A DNA stretch of 64,000 bases. It comes from an uncultured virus (IMG/VR IMGVR_UViG_3300028561_000005) (lineage: Duplodnaviria; Heunggongvirae; Uroviricota; Caudoviricetes). A program made the position numbers and the translations under genes. The notes beneath the pieces are model-generated. The model made no database searches. It had not been told where the DNA came from and saw nothing but the letters and a program-made list of their open reading frames with translations. Location of the stretch: IMG/VR virus record IMGVR_UViG_3300028561_000005. One strand, given 5' to 3'. Below are positions 18,073-28,065 of this stretch, one piece after another (the first letter of the stretch is position 1; every line of letters begins with the position of its first letter).

Positions 18073-21000
18073 TTAAACCGCATCGTTGTTGAGTACAGTT
18101 ACCTTGATGATTTCAGACTGGCTGAATGGTTTGAACTGTACTTCAAGAGCGCCGTAGAAGATCTTATTCTTAGCATATGCTTCGTCTTCGATGTACTTGA
18201 ATCTGAGTGTAGCGAAGTACTGAGCGTACTGGTCAATAACGCCGTCCTGAACGTCAGCCTTGTACTGAGCGAGTGAGTCGCTGTCCATGAAGCCGTATCT
18301 TGTGATTGAAGGAAGCTTTTCACGAATCTTCTTCATGATTGTCTGTACTGTCATAACGTTGTTAACGTATGAGAGTTCAGAATCCTTGTCGTAAGTTGTG
18401 AAGAGTGTTTCCATTGTGAGGACACCGTTGAGGTATGAAGCGTAGTTAACCTTGATATCGTTCATTTCCTGCTTCTCGTTTGTGATGCAAGCTGCATCTG
18501 AAGGATATGTGTTATCAAGTTCTTCAGGTGTGAATGTTGTATTTGGATAGATCTTAGGAATGTAGTTAACTGTTCCTTCGATAGCTTCAGGGAATTCGAT
18601 CTGATACATCTTACCAGCGAACGGTCTGTTGAAGCCGTTGATGAAGTGGTTAACCATTCTGAGAGCTGCACCCATTGTAGCTGTAACAGTGATCTGTCTG
18701 CCGTCGAATGGGTTCTTCATGTCGTAGAAGAGGTCTGTTACCCAAACAGCACAGTGCTTCAGGTAGAAGTATCTTGGATCTGTTTCGAGTTCAGCCTTAC
18801 CAGCTACTGTACCATCCCATGCCATCATATCCTTAATCTGCTGGAGTCCTGAAACTGTTGTACCCATGTCCATGAATGCAACACAGTCATTTCTGTAGCA
18901 AGCAAGGTTCTGGATGTCGAGCTTAACCTGAGCGTTGTCGTAGTTAGCATCGAAGATGCAGTCGAATGTATAGAGATCAAAGTTGTAGATATCCTTTGAG
19001 AATACACCTGTAAGAGCTTCGTGCATTGCTGTGTAGAACTTACCAGGGTTTTCGTTCATTGATGTGATTGCACCGTATGAACCGTTCTCAAGTAATGCTG
19101 GTGTATGGTAATCGTAGTCGTATGCAAGAGCAGCGTAGCCTGTTGGGTTGCTTGAAGTTCTTGGAGAAGCAATGATGTACTCCTGTCCTGTAACTGGTGA
19201 TGTGTAAGCAACCTTGTTCATAGCCTTACCAGAAAGCTGCTTCTTGTTCATGATGTCGTATTCTGAGAATACTGTTGAAGGAACACCATATTCAGCGAGC
19301 TTGTCGATGAGAGCATCCCAAGCATCGTAGTATGAAGATGCATCGATAAGGTTAGAGTTACCTGAAACAACAGTCTGAACGTCTGTCTTCTTAAGGCTTG
19401 TGTTAACGCCGTTAGCATCGATTGAGATTGTCCAGTTTTCGATAGTTGCTGATGTAGCACCGTCGATAACGTTGAGTGTGTAGATCATCTTGCCGTTTGA
19501 CTTAGCAAGTGAGTAGTTTGGTTCGATTGAGAAGTACTTGTCTGAAATACCACGACCTGAATCGAAGATTGTGAAGAGAGGGAAGAGAATACCATCGCTT
19601 ACCTGAGCACTTGGGTCGTTGTAGAGTCTGTACTTTCTGCTGTCAGAATAGTCCGGATTGTAGATGATAAGTTCTTCGTCGAACTTAGCAGGATCAATTA
19701 CCTGACCCTTGATATCCTTCTGAGCATAGCCGTAGAGATATTCCTTATCGTCGTTAACACCCTGATAGAATACATCAGTATTTGTGAATGAAACAACGAT
19801 TGGACGGAGAACGAGGCCTCTTTCTGTTACAGAAATACGTACAACCTTGTCGTATTCCTTAACCTTGATACCTGTTACATCCTTGATATCGATTTCTGTT
19901 GTTGGGTCAATTACGTGGATAGCTTCAACGATTGTCTGACCGCCTTCGTGGCTTTCGTCAAGAACGTAGTGAACACCCTTCTTTGTAACGAAATCGCCAA
20001 CAGCGAAAGGAATTGTTGATGCAGAGTCGTCGATAGCAACGTCTGAAGAAATTGTAGCAACTTCTGTATCCGAAAGACCGTCTCTTGTCTTGATAGCTGA
20101 AACAACGTTCCAAGACTTGATTGTGTCGAGGAATACGTTAGCGCCGTCTTCTTCATTCTTGTAGTTTTCAACAGAAAGGCTGTCCTGTGAAATGAATCCA
20201 GCTTCGAGAGCCTTTGTCTGACCGATGTATGTTTCAACTTCCTTAACGTAATTGCCTGCCTTGATACCTTCTGTAGGATCTGTAGCAATCTTACCAGCTG
20301 CTGTGAAGTATGCCTTACCCTGGTAGTAAAGAAGTGTTTCTTCTGTTACGAGAGTATAGCCTTCAGCTGAAGATGTCTTAACGTCGAGACATGGGTATAC
20401 GTAAACAATATCACCAGGATATGCTACGTAGAATGGGTCACCTGTTTCTGGAGTGATCTGTTCACCTGGAACGAGAGTTGCTTCAACAGCTTCGCCGAGA
20501 CCTGAATCGTTTGAAAGGATAAAGGTTGGGCCTGAAGGAGCTGTCTTTTCTTCAGCGATAATGAGTATTCTTCCTGGTGTTGAGTTGTCACATTTAACGT
20601 AGAACTGAGATGTCTTAACTCTCTTGCCGAGTGGTGAAGCTGGAAGAACTGTAAGATTTGTATCAATCTTAGCGAGGTCAACTTCGTTTGCAGCAACAAT
20701 GTGTGTTGTTGAACGAACTGTGAGAGCACCTGTGTCTCCTTCAGCTGCTAACTGATAACCAATCTTAGCGTACTGAATTGTTGACATAGCGAGCATGAGT
20801 GTCTTGTTGGCGAGCTTAGCGTCGTCAGCAACAATTCTTTTTGAGAACATTTTTGCACCAGCGTTAACACTGAGGGCAGCCTGGAGAAGTGGCTGGCCGT
20901 GCTTGTTGAAGTTTGGTGTGTTATTTGACAGATATGCCTTAGCCCATGCATCTCCTTCGAGAATTGTGAACTTTTCAGGACCTCTGTCAGATGTAAACAT

Positions 21001-21096
21001 TGACATGTACATTGGCTTATTTACTGCAGTTGTGTTTGCAATAATCGGCTTGATTACAGAATCATCACGCAGTATAAATTTAGTACCTGGATACAT
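18073..21096 (-). CDS. contractile tail sheath protein
   Basis: MYPG N-terminus, DCIFDANY..RNDCVAFMD, LSYVNN, C-terminal GALEVQFKPFSQSEIIKVTV. Confidence 0.85.
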   Translation of the reverse strand: MYPGTKFILRDDSVIKPIIANTTAVNKPMYMSMFTSDRGPEKFTILEGDAWAKAYLSNNTPNFNKHGQPLLQAALSVNAGAKMFSKRIVADDAKLANKTLMLAMSTIQYAKIGYQLAAEGDTGALTVRSTTHIVAANEVDLAKIDTNLTVLPASPLGKRVKTSQFYVKCDNSTPGRILIIAEEKTAPSGPTFILSNDSGLGEAVEATLVPGEQITPETGDPFYVAYPGDIVYVYPCLDVKTSSAEGYTLVTEETLLYYQGKAYFTAAGKIATDPTEGIKAGNYVKEVETYIGQTKALEAGFISQDSLSVENYKNEEDGANVFLDTIKSWNVVSAIKTRDGLSDTEVATISSDVAIDDSASTIPFAVGDFVTKKGVHYVLDESHEGGQTIVEAIHVIDPTTEIDIKDVTGIKVKEYDKVVRISVTERGLVLRPIVVSFTNTDVFYQGVNDDKEYLYGYAQKDIKGQVIDPAKFDEELIIYNPDYSDSRKYRLYNDPSAQVSDGILFPLFTIFDSGRGISDKYFSIEPNYSLAKSNGKMIYTLNVIDGATSATIENWTISIDANGVNTSLKKTDVQTVVSGNSNLIDASSYYDAWDALIDKLAEYGVPSTVFSEYDIMNKKQLSGKAMNKVAYTSPVTGQEYIIASPRTSSNPTGYAALAYDYDYHTPALLENGSYGAITSMNENPGKFYTAMHEALTGVFSKDIYNFDLYTFDCIFDANYDNAQVKLDIQNLACYRNDCVAFMDMGTTVSGLQQIKDMMAWDGTVAGKAELETDPRYFYLKHCAVWVTDLFYDMKNPFDGRQITVTATMGAALRMVNHFINGFNRPFAGKMYQIEFPEAIEGTVNYIPKIYPNTTFTPEELDNTYPSDAACITNEKQEMNDIKVNYASYLNGVLTMETLFTTYDKDSELSYVNNVMTVQTIMKKIREKLPSITRYGFMDSDSLAQYKADVQDGVIDQYAQYFATLRFKYIEDEAYAKNKIFYGALEVQFKPFSQSEIIKVTVLNNDAV

Positions 21097-21171
21097 AGTA
21101 TCTTCCTCCTTTAATTATAGTCTTAAAAAATATATTTTTTAAAAATATAACCAGAAACCAACATTACTGGT

Positions 21172-21183
21172 TATCTTGATGTT
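21172..21183 (-). promoter_or_regulatory. late-type promoter AACA-N6-TA for sheath/tube operon
   Basis: minus strand AACA TCAAGA TA. Confidence 0.7.
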
Positions 21184-21208
21184 GCTTTATTGGGGCTATC
21201 AAGATAAT

Positions 21209-21949
21209 TTAATCCATGAAGAGCTTCTCCAATGGAGATATCTCTGACGTGTCATTTTTCTCAGAAAGTGTTACCATTGCCATGCATGCTTCATCCCAGT
21301 TTTCGGCTGTAATAGCTGTCTGAGGTGATGTATATCTAGGTAATTTCTGAATTGGTACTACTCTGTAGTTAAACTTATTTGAGATATCTCCCGATGATCT
21401 AAACGGCATAGTTCTGTCTTCTGGTGTTCTGGTAATACCGGCTATCGTTACGCCAATCAACTGCATTGTATTTGCGTATGATGCGTCATTAAGTTCCATT
21501 GAATCCATGAATACATCCTGGAGTTTATCATATGGAAATGTCTGAGTAATTGTCATATTGCCGCCAAGAAACATACGATACACTTCTTCGATATGGTCAG
21601 CTTCCATAGGCACCTTTGTAGATGCTATGAGTTCTGAACCCTTCTTGTACTTAAGAAGTCTATAGTCTAATACAGGTGAATTCTTGGTGAGCTGAACTCC
21701 TTTAACCTTTTCCTGAGCGTATGGAACTGTAAGGAAAGCAGATGGAAAGTAGAATCTCTTTAACTTTCCGTATTTACCATTGGCATCTGCAATGGTATAG
21801 TCTAAAAGACCGTACAGTGATATATTATCACCGATTGTTTGTGCGATATTAATGTCAAACCATTTTTCTGGTACGAAGAATATGAATTCTCCTTCACCAG
21901 TATATGTGACAACATCGCCTTCTTTCTTGATAAATTTCGGCATGCTCAT
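21209..21949 (-). CDS. probable virion RNA polymerase beta' C-terminal subunit
   Basis: MQLIGVTIAGITR and PIQKLPRYTSPQTAITAENWDEA resemble RpoC KHIEVIVRQM and GITKASL..SFISAASFQET; ~246 aa; late promoter. Confidence 0.5.
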   Translation of the reverse strand: MSMPKFIKKEGDVVTYTGEGEFIFFVPEKWFDINIAQTIGDNISLYGLLDYTIADANGKYGKLKRFYFPSAFLTVPYAQEKVKGVQLTKNSPVLDYRLLKYKKGSELIASTKVPMEADHIEEVYRMFLGGNMTITQTFPYDKLQDVFMDSMELNDASYANTMQLIGVTIAGITRTPEDRTMPFRSSGDISNKFNYRVVPIQKLPRYTSPQTAITAENWDEACMAMVTLSEKNDTSEISPLEKLFMD

Positions 21950-21965
21950 TCGTATCACCCTCCTT

Positions 21966-21977
21966 TAATATAAAGTT
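21966..21977 (-). promoter_or_regulatory. late-type promoter AACT-N6-TA
   Basis: minus strand AACT TTATAT TA directly before AAGGAGG. Confidence 0.65.
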
Positions 21978-21980
21978 TTC

Positions 21981-22019
21981 AAAAAAAAATAAAGGTGGGG
22001 AAGGCAGCTAGCCTTCCCC
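21981..22019 (-). terminator. strong terminator ending accessory operon
   Basis: GGGGAAGGC/GCCTTCCCC stem followed by CCTTTATTTTTTTTT on minus strand. Confidence 0.85.
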
Positions 22020-22028
22020 GAGCTTTAC

Positions 22029-22289
22029 TTACTTGATTTTGAATACCTGCTTAACAACACATCTCAGCATCATAATGAGTATAAAGACAGCCACTATAAG
22101 CACTGATGTAAAGTCAAACTTTATCAGCTTAGTAAGGAGCGGCCATTTCTCAATTATAAATCCGGATGCGTATTCTGCAATCAGTACTGATGCCAGAGCG
22201 TACAGTACAAAGCGTATTACCTTCTTTGTCAGTTTACCGATAAGTAATGCAAGCAGGATTACTCCTACTATAATGAGGCATGTATTCAT
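22029..22289 (-). CDS. small membrane protein (about 3 TM)
   Basis: three hydrophobic segments, basic C-terminus, AAGGAGTGG RBS. Confidence 0.75.
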   Translation of the reverse strand: MNTCLIIVGVILLALLIGKLTKKVIRFVLYALASVLIAEYASGFIIEKWPLLTKLIKFDFTSVLIVAVFILIMMLRCVVKQVFKIK

Positions 22290-22290
22290 A

Positions 22291-23685
22291 TTACCACTCC
22301 TTATTATTTTTTGTGATGTCCGGTAACGGAAGTGTATTGGTCAGTGTGTCAAGATTCTCAAAGTGATTCTCGATAGAACGTTCACCAAGAATCATTCCGA
22401 GCGCAATCTTAGACATTAAATTGACATATCTTGTCATGGTGATGTCAGCAAGGTCTTTACCAAACCTGGTTTTAAACTTGGACTCGTCATGATAGTGATG
22501 CATCGTGTTAGTAAGATAACAGAGCTGTGGAGCTAACTCGAAGTATACTGAACGGCTCTTGTCCTTTCCGGTATAAAGTCTTCTATAGTTCTCCATGTGA
22601 TATCTGATATCCATTGCAGACATGATTCTCATATCCATGTCTTCAACGTTTCCGATCTTTCCGAAATCGACATATTCTGGCCCGAAAGCAATTAATGACC
22701 TTAACGTATTGAAGTTTAAGTCACTGACGTACTGAACGTCTACAGTGTTTGCATCAATAGTGTTAATCTGAATCATCTTGGTTGAACGTGCTATTACCGA
22801 AATGATTCCCTGGTCTTCCACATACTTGTTTGAGATTGACAGCGAATTGTCGTTGTAGAATATTGTGAATTCGTCTTCAACAATATCGTCGTTAGATAAA
22901 CTTACAGACATGCTGTAAATGTCATCAATCTTGAATGTCTTGATAAGTGCTCGCTTCTTTGTTTCCAGGTCCTGGATGAGTGTAACGAATGCGTGTTCAG
23001 TTTCATTATAACTGATACGAACAGTCATTCTTGTCTTCCAGTTCTGGTATATCTTGAACATAGAGTCGTCATTATCGATACTGTAAGAGATTTTAGTTTC
23101 TCTTGCTGGACATGGTTCTTTGTCCGGTTTGTTAGACACGAAGTTTGCACCGATGAAATTTATCAGATCAACCGTATCTATATTCACTGTGCTTATGTGT
23201 GTAGATAAGTCTCCGTTGGATAACTGAATCTGTGTGTTCATAATAATGTCATTGAGTTCATTTCTGTAACCCTCGATACTGATATTAGTAGCCGACGGAA
23301 GATTCGGATATAAGCATGCAGCATATGTCCTGAGTTTCTTATCAATGTTTGCCTGTATTGAACCTGGTGATACCTTGAAATCAATAGATTCCGCCGGTTC
23401 GCTATTTATCTGAACCGTAGCTTCATTATTATACTCGGTCGGATAATTCAAGAATATTGTGTTAGATGTATTCGACGAAACTTCGTTAACACAACGTACT
23501 GCAGAAGCAGTGTGTTTTTTCTTGTCCCGTACTCTAACACTTGTTATATTTTTACCGAATGCATTGCAGTTGACATTGCAAACTGTTTTATCATCGCATT
23601 CGGTGATTGTTGAAACAAGATTGTCTGCCTGATATTCTGTAACGGTAAATCCGTTAGATGAAAATGTTTTGTTTGATAATTTCAT
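22291..23685 (-). CDS. hypothetical protein
   Basis: 464 aa, AGGAGG RBS. Confidence 0.8.
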   Translation of the reverse strand: MKLSNKTFSSNGFTVTEYQADNLVSTITECDDKTVCNVNCNAFGKNITSVRVRDKKKHTASAVRCVNEVSSNTSNTIFLNYPTEYNNEATVQINSEPAESIDFKVSPGSIQANIDKKLRTYAACLYPNLPSATNISIEGYRNELNDIIMNTQIQLSNGDLSTHISTVNIDTVDLINFIGANFVSNKPDKEPCPARETKISYSIDNDDSMFKIYQNWKTRMTVRISYNETEHAFVTLIQDLETKKRALIKTFKIDDIYSMSVSLSNDDIVEDEFTIFYNDNSLSISNKYVEDQGIISVIARSTKMIQINTIDANTVDVQYVSDLNFNTLRSLIAFGPEYVDFGKIGNVEDMDMRIMSAMDIRYHMENYRRLYTGKDKSRSVYFELAPQLCYLTNTMHHYHDESKFKTRFGKDLADITMTRYVNLMSKIALGMILGERSIENHFENLDTLTNTLPLPDITKNNKEW

Positions 23686-23712
23686 ATAAGTTCCTCCTAT
23701 ATTGTTTTGTGT

Positions 23713-23976
23713 TTATTTGGCTGATACGATATCAACAATCGCAACCATGCCGATATTCATGAGTGTGTAGAATCTTCCGAAGCCTGCATCAACGCAAAGC
23801 TTTCGTCCGAACTTCTTTTCGAATGGACGGATGTTTGTAATCTTGTATTCTCCTGACAGAATCTTTTCTGTGATTACGTCAGCATTAAGATGAAACTCCG
23901 CCGGAGCCTGTACTATTTTGAATCCTTCGAATGTGCCACTTGCTACAATTACGCTGTCTACAATGTGCTCTCCCAT
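23713..23976 (-). CDS. hypothetical protein
   Basis: AGGAGGAG RBS. Confidence 0.8.
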   Translation of the reverse strand: MGEHIVDSVIVASGTFEGFKIVQAPAEFHLNADVITEKILSGEYKITNIRPFEKKFGRKLCVDAGFGRFYTLMNIGMVAIVDIVSAK

Positions 23977-23988
23977 AATGAACTCCTC

Positions 23989-24483
23989 CTATTCATTAAA
24001 GCTGTATTCGAAAAATGTAACGTATGCATTGTCATGCATAAAGATTGAATGGTTGAAGATATTGTGTAATGACGCATCAAAACACAGTCTCTTCTCAGGT
24101 TTGATTACGTAGTCAAGACCCTCTGCTGGCAGTGGGTTTTGTCTCCACGTTATTTTAGGTTCATCATCGTGCATGTCATAAATCATAATATCGATTTTGC
24201 TGACATCAACGGTTTCGATGTTTCGGATATCGAATGATACCCAATTGAATTCCTTTTCGGTGACAGTACACCACACATCTGGAAGTGTCATGAACTCTTC
24301 ATCGAAATTTTCTGTTAGATACACATTACGTGTACTGATTTGTGTTATACCTGCACAAGGAGATACAAAATCTCTAGCAAGTATATCTTTAATGATTGGG
24401 TCTGGGTCCGGATAATTGTATACCGGATGGTCTGTTACTAGGATGCCTAAGTGACTTCCTTCAAGTTTACCTACGCGAATCAT
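23989..24483 (-). CDS. hypothetical protein, first gene of early-type operon
   Basis: AAAGGAGG RBS, TATATTAT motif upstream. Confidence 0.8.
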   Translation of the reverse strand: MIRVGKLEGSHLGILVTDHPVYNYPDPDPIIKDILARDFVSPCAGITQISTRNVYLTENFDEEFMTLPDVWCTVTEKEFNWVSFDIRNIETVDVSKIDIMIYDMHDDEPKITWRQNPLPAEGLDYVIKPEKRLCFDASLHNIFNHSIFMHDNAYVTFFEYSFNE

Positions 24484-24507
24484 ATTTGATTCCTCCTTTC
24501 TATCCTA

Positions 24508-24515
24508 ATAATATA
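24508..24515 (-). promoter_or_regulatory. early-type promoter TATATTAT
   Basis: minus strand TATATATTATTAGGATAG; same core at 27204 and 42285. Confidence 0.6.
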
Positions 24516-24530
24516 TAATTGAGAATACGA

Positions 24531-24821
24531 TTACTTATACGGTTTTGGGAGACGCATGTAAGCGGTCACTTCATCGGTACATTCACATAGTGAATCGTTA
24601 ACCCAACATACTTCTTCACCGTCATTGTCCAGAATATTGTATGTGGAAAACAAACGTATCCTATCTGGATTAGTCCATGTCTTAGTTATATGATTCCAAT
24701 ACAACGTGCGAAGAATTTTATGGTTTGGCGCCGTTTTGATTGTGCATAGATACCATCCGTCGGTAATTGGGGTATAGTCTGGAAATGGGTGCCAGTGTAA
24801 TGGATGTAATGTACGGTTCAT
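24531..24821 (-). CDS. DUF551-like protein
   Basis: WHPF...P...GWYLCT and C-terminal VTAYMRLPKPY; start revised to the ATG with AAAGGAG RBS. Confidence 0.65.
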   Translation of the reverse strand: MNRTLHPLHWHPFPDYTPITDGWYLCTIKTAPNHKILRTLYWNHITKTWTNPDRIRLFSTYNILDNDGEEVCWVNDSLCECTDEVTAYMRLPKPYK

Positions 24822-24849
24822 AAGCATGTCTCCTTTCGTCAAATAAATG

Positions 24850-24872
24850 GAGGAACCCAATTAGGGTTCCTC
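24850..24872 (-). terminator. hairpin / terminator
   Basis: GAGGAACCC-AATTA-GGGTTCCTC. Confidence 0.65.
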
Positions 24873-24880
24873 TATTCTTA

Positions 24881-25252
24881 TTAAGGGTTGACGTTGATAA
24901 CGTATTCAGTGATATCTCTGATGTTAGTAACGTCGAGAAGCTTGATTCTTCCGTTGTTACATCTTGAGTAATCGAATATAAGAGATTCGATAAGATTTGG
25001 ACAACCGGAAGTTGTAAGGTCTACCATATTTGAGCTGAGTACATCCGCTCTGATGATAGCCTGTTTGAATACACCTGTCATCTGGCTAACTTCTCCAGTT
25101 TCCTGGTCATAGTACACAACGTTGTACTTCTTTTCAGGCTGAAGATTGATTGTCTTAGTAGTTGTACCAGTAGGTGACGTTGGGTCATAGTTGCTGATCT
25201 GAACAGCAGGAATAATCCAAGCATAGCACGATGTGCCGAGAAAAGTAGTCAT
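24881..25252 (-). CDS. hypothetical protein
   Basis: AGGAGGT RBS overlapping upstream stop. Confidence 0.8.
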   Translation of the reverse strand: MTTFLGTSCYAWIIPAVQISNYDPTSPTGTTTKTINLQPEKKYNVVYYDQETGEVSQMTGVFKQAIIRADVLSSNMVDLTTSGCPNLIESLIFDYSRCNNGRIKLLDVTNIRDITEYVINVNP

Positions 25253-25257
25253 TGTAA

Positions 25258-26304
25258 TTACCTCCTTTTCTTGTTGCCTTTACCCTTTCTGCATTCCTTT
25301 TCGATCTTCAGTGTTGTAACCAGATTGCTGATGAGCTTAACAGATTCGTTCATCTGAGCTGTTACATCACCAAGAAGTGTTGACTTGTGTAAAAGGAAGA
25401 GTACTTCAGTCATGTAGTAAACATACCACTTGTCGTAAACGTTGTTAACGTCTCTTGAGTAGATAGTGTTTTCTGCAACGAGTATACAGATAGTCTTAGC
25501 AACTTCTTCACTTACATGAGCGTTGCTGACAAGTCCCCAGTATACGCCCTCAAGTGTTCTTACTTTAACGTTGCTTTCAGTGCAGCAGAACTTGCTGTCG
25601 AATTTCATAGCATACATGTCGAAGTCTCCGATAGACTTGAATGCTCTGTTAAGCTTTGATGGGCGTTCTTCGATTTCTTTGAGAATTGGAGCCATAGTGA
25701 TAGCATTTGTGAATGCTTCATATGTCTTCTCAACCTTTACCGCGGATTCCTCATCGTTTTTCTCACGAAGAGCATCACGTGTTTCATACAGCTTGTTTAC
25801 TCTGTCGAGAACGCTGTCAAGTCTTGCATCGTTTTCGATATTGACTTCAGTTGTTCTTGACTTCATGTCGTTCATGACGTCATTGAATTCATTGAGATAT
25901 CCGTCGAGTTCAGCACTCTGGAATAATTCATTAATGAATGCTGATGCCATGAAGTCGAGTTCATGTGCAGCAGGATCGTTTCCGAATGCCGGTGCAAATT
26001 CTGTTCTGATAATCTTCTGGAGTGGTGTAGGTAACTGAGCAAATGTGTTTGTCAGTTTGTCGCCGGTATCGATACGTTCTTTGAGTTCCATCAGTTCTTT
26101 GATAGCAGTAACTGAGAGTTCAATTCCGTACTTAGTCTTGAATTCATCAAGAAGATTGTTGATAGATGGACCTGATTCTTCTGTAGGTTCCGGTGTTGCG
26201 ATAAAGTCTTCTGCATCTGTAGATGTATCAACTGTTTCCGGATTAATATCCTCTACATTGAGTTCAGGCTGTAATACTGTTTCGTTCATATTCTGTTCCT
26301 CCAA
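25258..26304 (-). CDS. hypothetical helical protein
   Basis: 348-aa ORF; start may be MNETV after GGAGG. Confidence 0.8.
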   Translation of the reverse strand: MEEQNMNETVLQPELNVEDINPETVDTSTDAEDFIATPEPTEESGPSINNLLDEFKTKYGIELSVTAIKELMELKERIDTGDKLTNTFAQLPTPLQKIIRTEFAPAFGNDPAAHELDFMASAFINELFQSAELDGYLNEFNDVMNDMKSRTTEVNIENDARLDSVLDRVNKLYETRDALREKNDEESAVKVEKTYEAFTNAITMAPILKEIEERPSKLNRAFKSIGDFDMYAMKFDSKFCCTESNVKVRTLEGVYWGLVSNAHVSEEVAKTICILVAENTIYSRDVNNVYDKWYVYYMTEVLFLLHKSTLLGDVTAQMNESVKLISNLVTTLKIEKECRKGKGNKKRR

Positions 26305-27090
26305 TTATTTATTAAGATAGTCGTCAATGGCGAACTTTCTTTTCTGTGTTTCAGCTCCTATAATGCTTTTCAGTTCTGATACCAGTGAAGCAGCATAGTA
26401 GCAGTTTTCGAATCTTCCACAGATTACTCCCTTATAGAAGACACCTGTGTCGATAGTATTATCAATGATAATCTGTTTGATCTGAGAATCTATTGGTAAT
26501 GCATTGACGAAGTCGGCAAATGTGACGTCGAATGCAGCCATGTATTTGATTACCTTATACATATAAGCAATTACAATCGGAGTCTTCTTATCATTAAAGA
26601 GACCGATGAATGATGAGTCTACAGACTTGCTGAACTGTGAAAGCTCGCAGCCGTCATAGAGGTCATCAATGTTGTTCTTGATATAGTTTGCAAAGAAGTA
26701 CAGCATGTTCTGGTTAATATGAGATACCAGGATGTCATACAGATTGTAAGCAAGAACGTAGTTCTGATCTGGGTTCTCGGATTTGTTAATCTGGATTCCG
26801 AATGCTGCAGAAAGATGGTCAAGAATGTAGTAATAAGTTTCGATTCTTGCATTGGTAATCTTTGCTGCGTCTGTTGGGTATTCGTTCATCGAAGCGATGA
26901 AATCTGATTCGAATGTGTGAACGATATTTGCCGGCTGTCTTGATGCATTGAATGGATGAGACTTGAAAATCTCAATTTCTGAATCCATGCAATCAAGAAT
27001 ATAATCTGAAGATAAATGCTTTAAAGCTTCTACCATATTGGCGTCTGAGCGTACGGTGAAGACATCACCATACTGTGTCATGTCTGTCAT
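26305..27090 (-). CDS. hypothetical protein (late operon)
   Basis: AAAGGAGG RBS; AACC-N6-TA promoter variant at 27143-27154. Confidence 0.8.
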   Translation of the reverse strand: MTDMTQYGDVFTVRSDANMVEALKHLSSDYILDCMDSEIEIFKSHPFNASRQPANIVHTFESDFIASMNEYPTDAAKITNARIETYYYILDHLSAAFGIQINKSENPDQNYVLAYNLYDILVSHINQNMLYFFANYIKNNIDDLYDGCELSQFSKSVDSSFIGLFNDKKTPIVIAYMYKVIKYMAAFDVTFADFVNALPIDSQIKQIIIDNTIDTGVFYKGVICGRFENCYYAASLVSELKSIIGAETQKRKFAIDDYLNK

Positions 27091-27203
27091 AGATGTATTC
27101 CTCCTTTAATATTACACACCCATTGTGTGCTACAACATATATTATCTTAAGGTTATGTATTCTTTCCAAAATTACAAGTTGGGAAAGTCGAATCTTACGA
27201 TTG

Positions 27204-27211
27204 TATATTAT
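27204..27211 (+). promoter_or_regulatory. early-type promoter TATATTAT
   Basis: TGTATATTATTATAGTG upstream of small-gene cluster. Confidence 0.6.
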
Positions 27212-27300
27212 TATAGTGATAGAGAATATAAAAGCATCACTCTATTAATAAATGAAATCGGCTATGATGCAAGCCAAAGAGTACTAAGGAGGTACTAAAA

Positions 27301-27603
27301 ATGAAAATCGAAGATATCACAAACGTATACGCTTGCAAGTACAACGAGCATTCCCAGTTTAACGGGGAAAGAGTTATTATTGTTCAGGATGTCAATGGAG
27401 GTCTCGGCATTATGGCTTTCACAAGCCGCCGCGACTTCGAAGCAGGTACCATCGATACCTGGTATATTTCCAGACCGCTTATGCACAACCTTAGAACAGG
27501 AGCTTGTACAATTACATGCATGCGTAGATATCGTAAACCATCCAAGGATGTTCTTGATGATTTAATGGTAACAACAGGAAAAATGATAAGAAAGTGGAAG
27601 TGA
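27301..27603 (+). CDS. hypothetical protein
   Basis: TAAGGAGG RBS. Confidence 0.8.
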   Translation: MKIEDITNVYACKYNEHSQFNGERVIIVQDVNGGLGIMAFTSRRDFEAGTIDTWYISRPLMHNLRTGACTITCMRRYRKPSKDVLDDLMVTTGKMIRKWK

Positions 27604-27613
27604 GGTAGTAATT

Positions 27614-27760
27614 ATGTGTACATCATCAATAATAACACTCGTAATCGTAGCTGCCATCGTTGGTAGCTACACTATCGTTAAAAGCCGTCGTGCAGCAATT
27701 GAAATTCCTGACGGTACAACAGTTACAGAATATCATGGGAAAACACATCAGTTTATTTGA
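27614..27760 (+). CDS. 48-aa single-TM peptide (not in ORF track)
   Basis: GAGGT RBS; MCTSSIITLVIVAAIVGSYTIVKSRRAAIEIPDGTTVTEYHGKTHQFI. Confidence 0.65.
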   Translation: MCTSSIITLVIVAAIVGSYTIVKSRRAAIEIPDGTTVTEYHGKTHQFI

Positions 27761-28049
27761 TATTCATCCGGAAATACAGGCAATCGTAGGTCTTTTTGAT
27801 GAAGTTTCTAGAACAACCTGTGTGAAGGATTATTCGATGTCTATTGACAGTAGATATCGTAAGAAGAACCATCTTCATACATACAACAAAAATGGTTTAT
27901 TAATGGAGTCATTTGCGACATGTAGTCTAAATGATTCCACTGATGAAATCGAACACGAGATACAGATATTCATCACAAAGGATGAGTATCTGTGTACATT
28001 CACAATCGAAGATAACGAAGCTAACAGACGTGCTATTAAGAAAATGTAA
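27735..28049 (+). CDS. hypothetical protein (start uncertain)
   Basis: ORF 27660-28049; ATG27735 overlaps end of upstream peptide; weak RBS. Confidence 0.65.
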   Translation: MGKHISLFDIHPEIQAIVGLFDEVSRTTCVKDYSMSIDSRYRKKNHLHTYNKNGLLMESFATCSLNDSTDEIEHEIQIFITKDEYLCTFTIEDNEANRRAIKKM

Positions 28050-28065
28050 CAAGGAGAGATTTACA

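Noticed and set aside
22029..22289. Holin call for the 86-aa membrane protein
   Set aside because: Lies in an early-type cassette with no adjacent endolysin; topology alone is insufficient
27735..27745. GGGAAAA slippery sequence joining the 48-aa peptide and next ORF
   Set aside because: A -1 shift register does not connect the upstream frame to the downstream ORF
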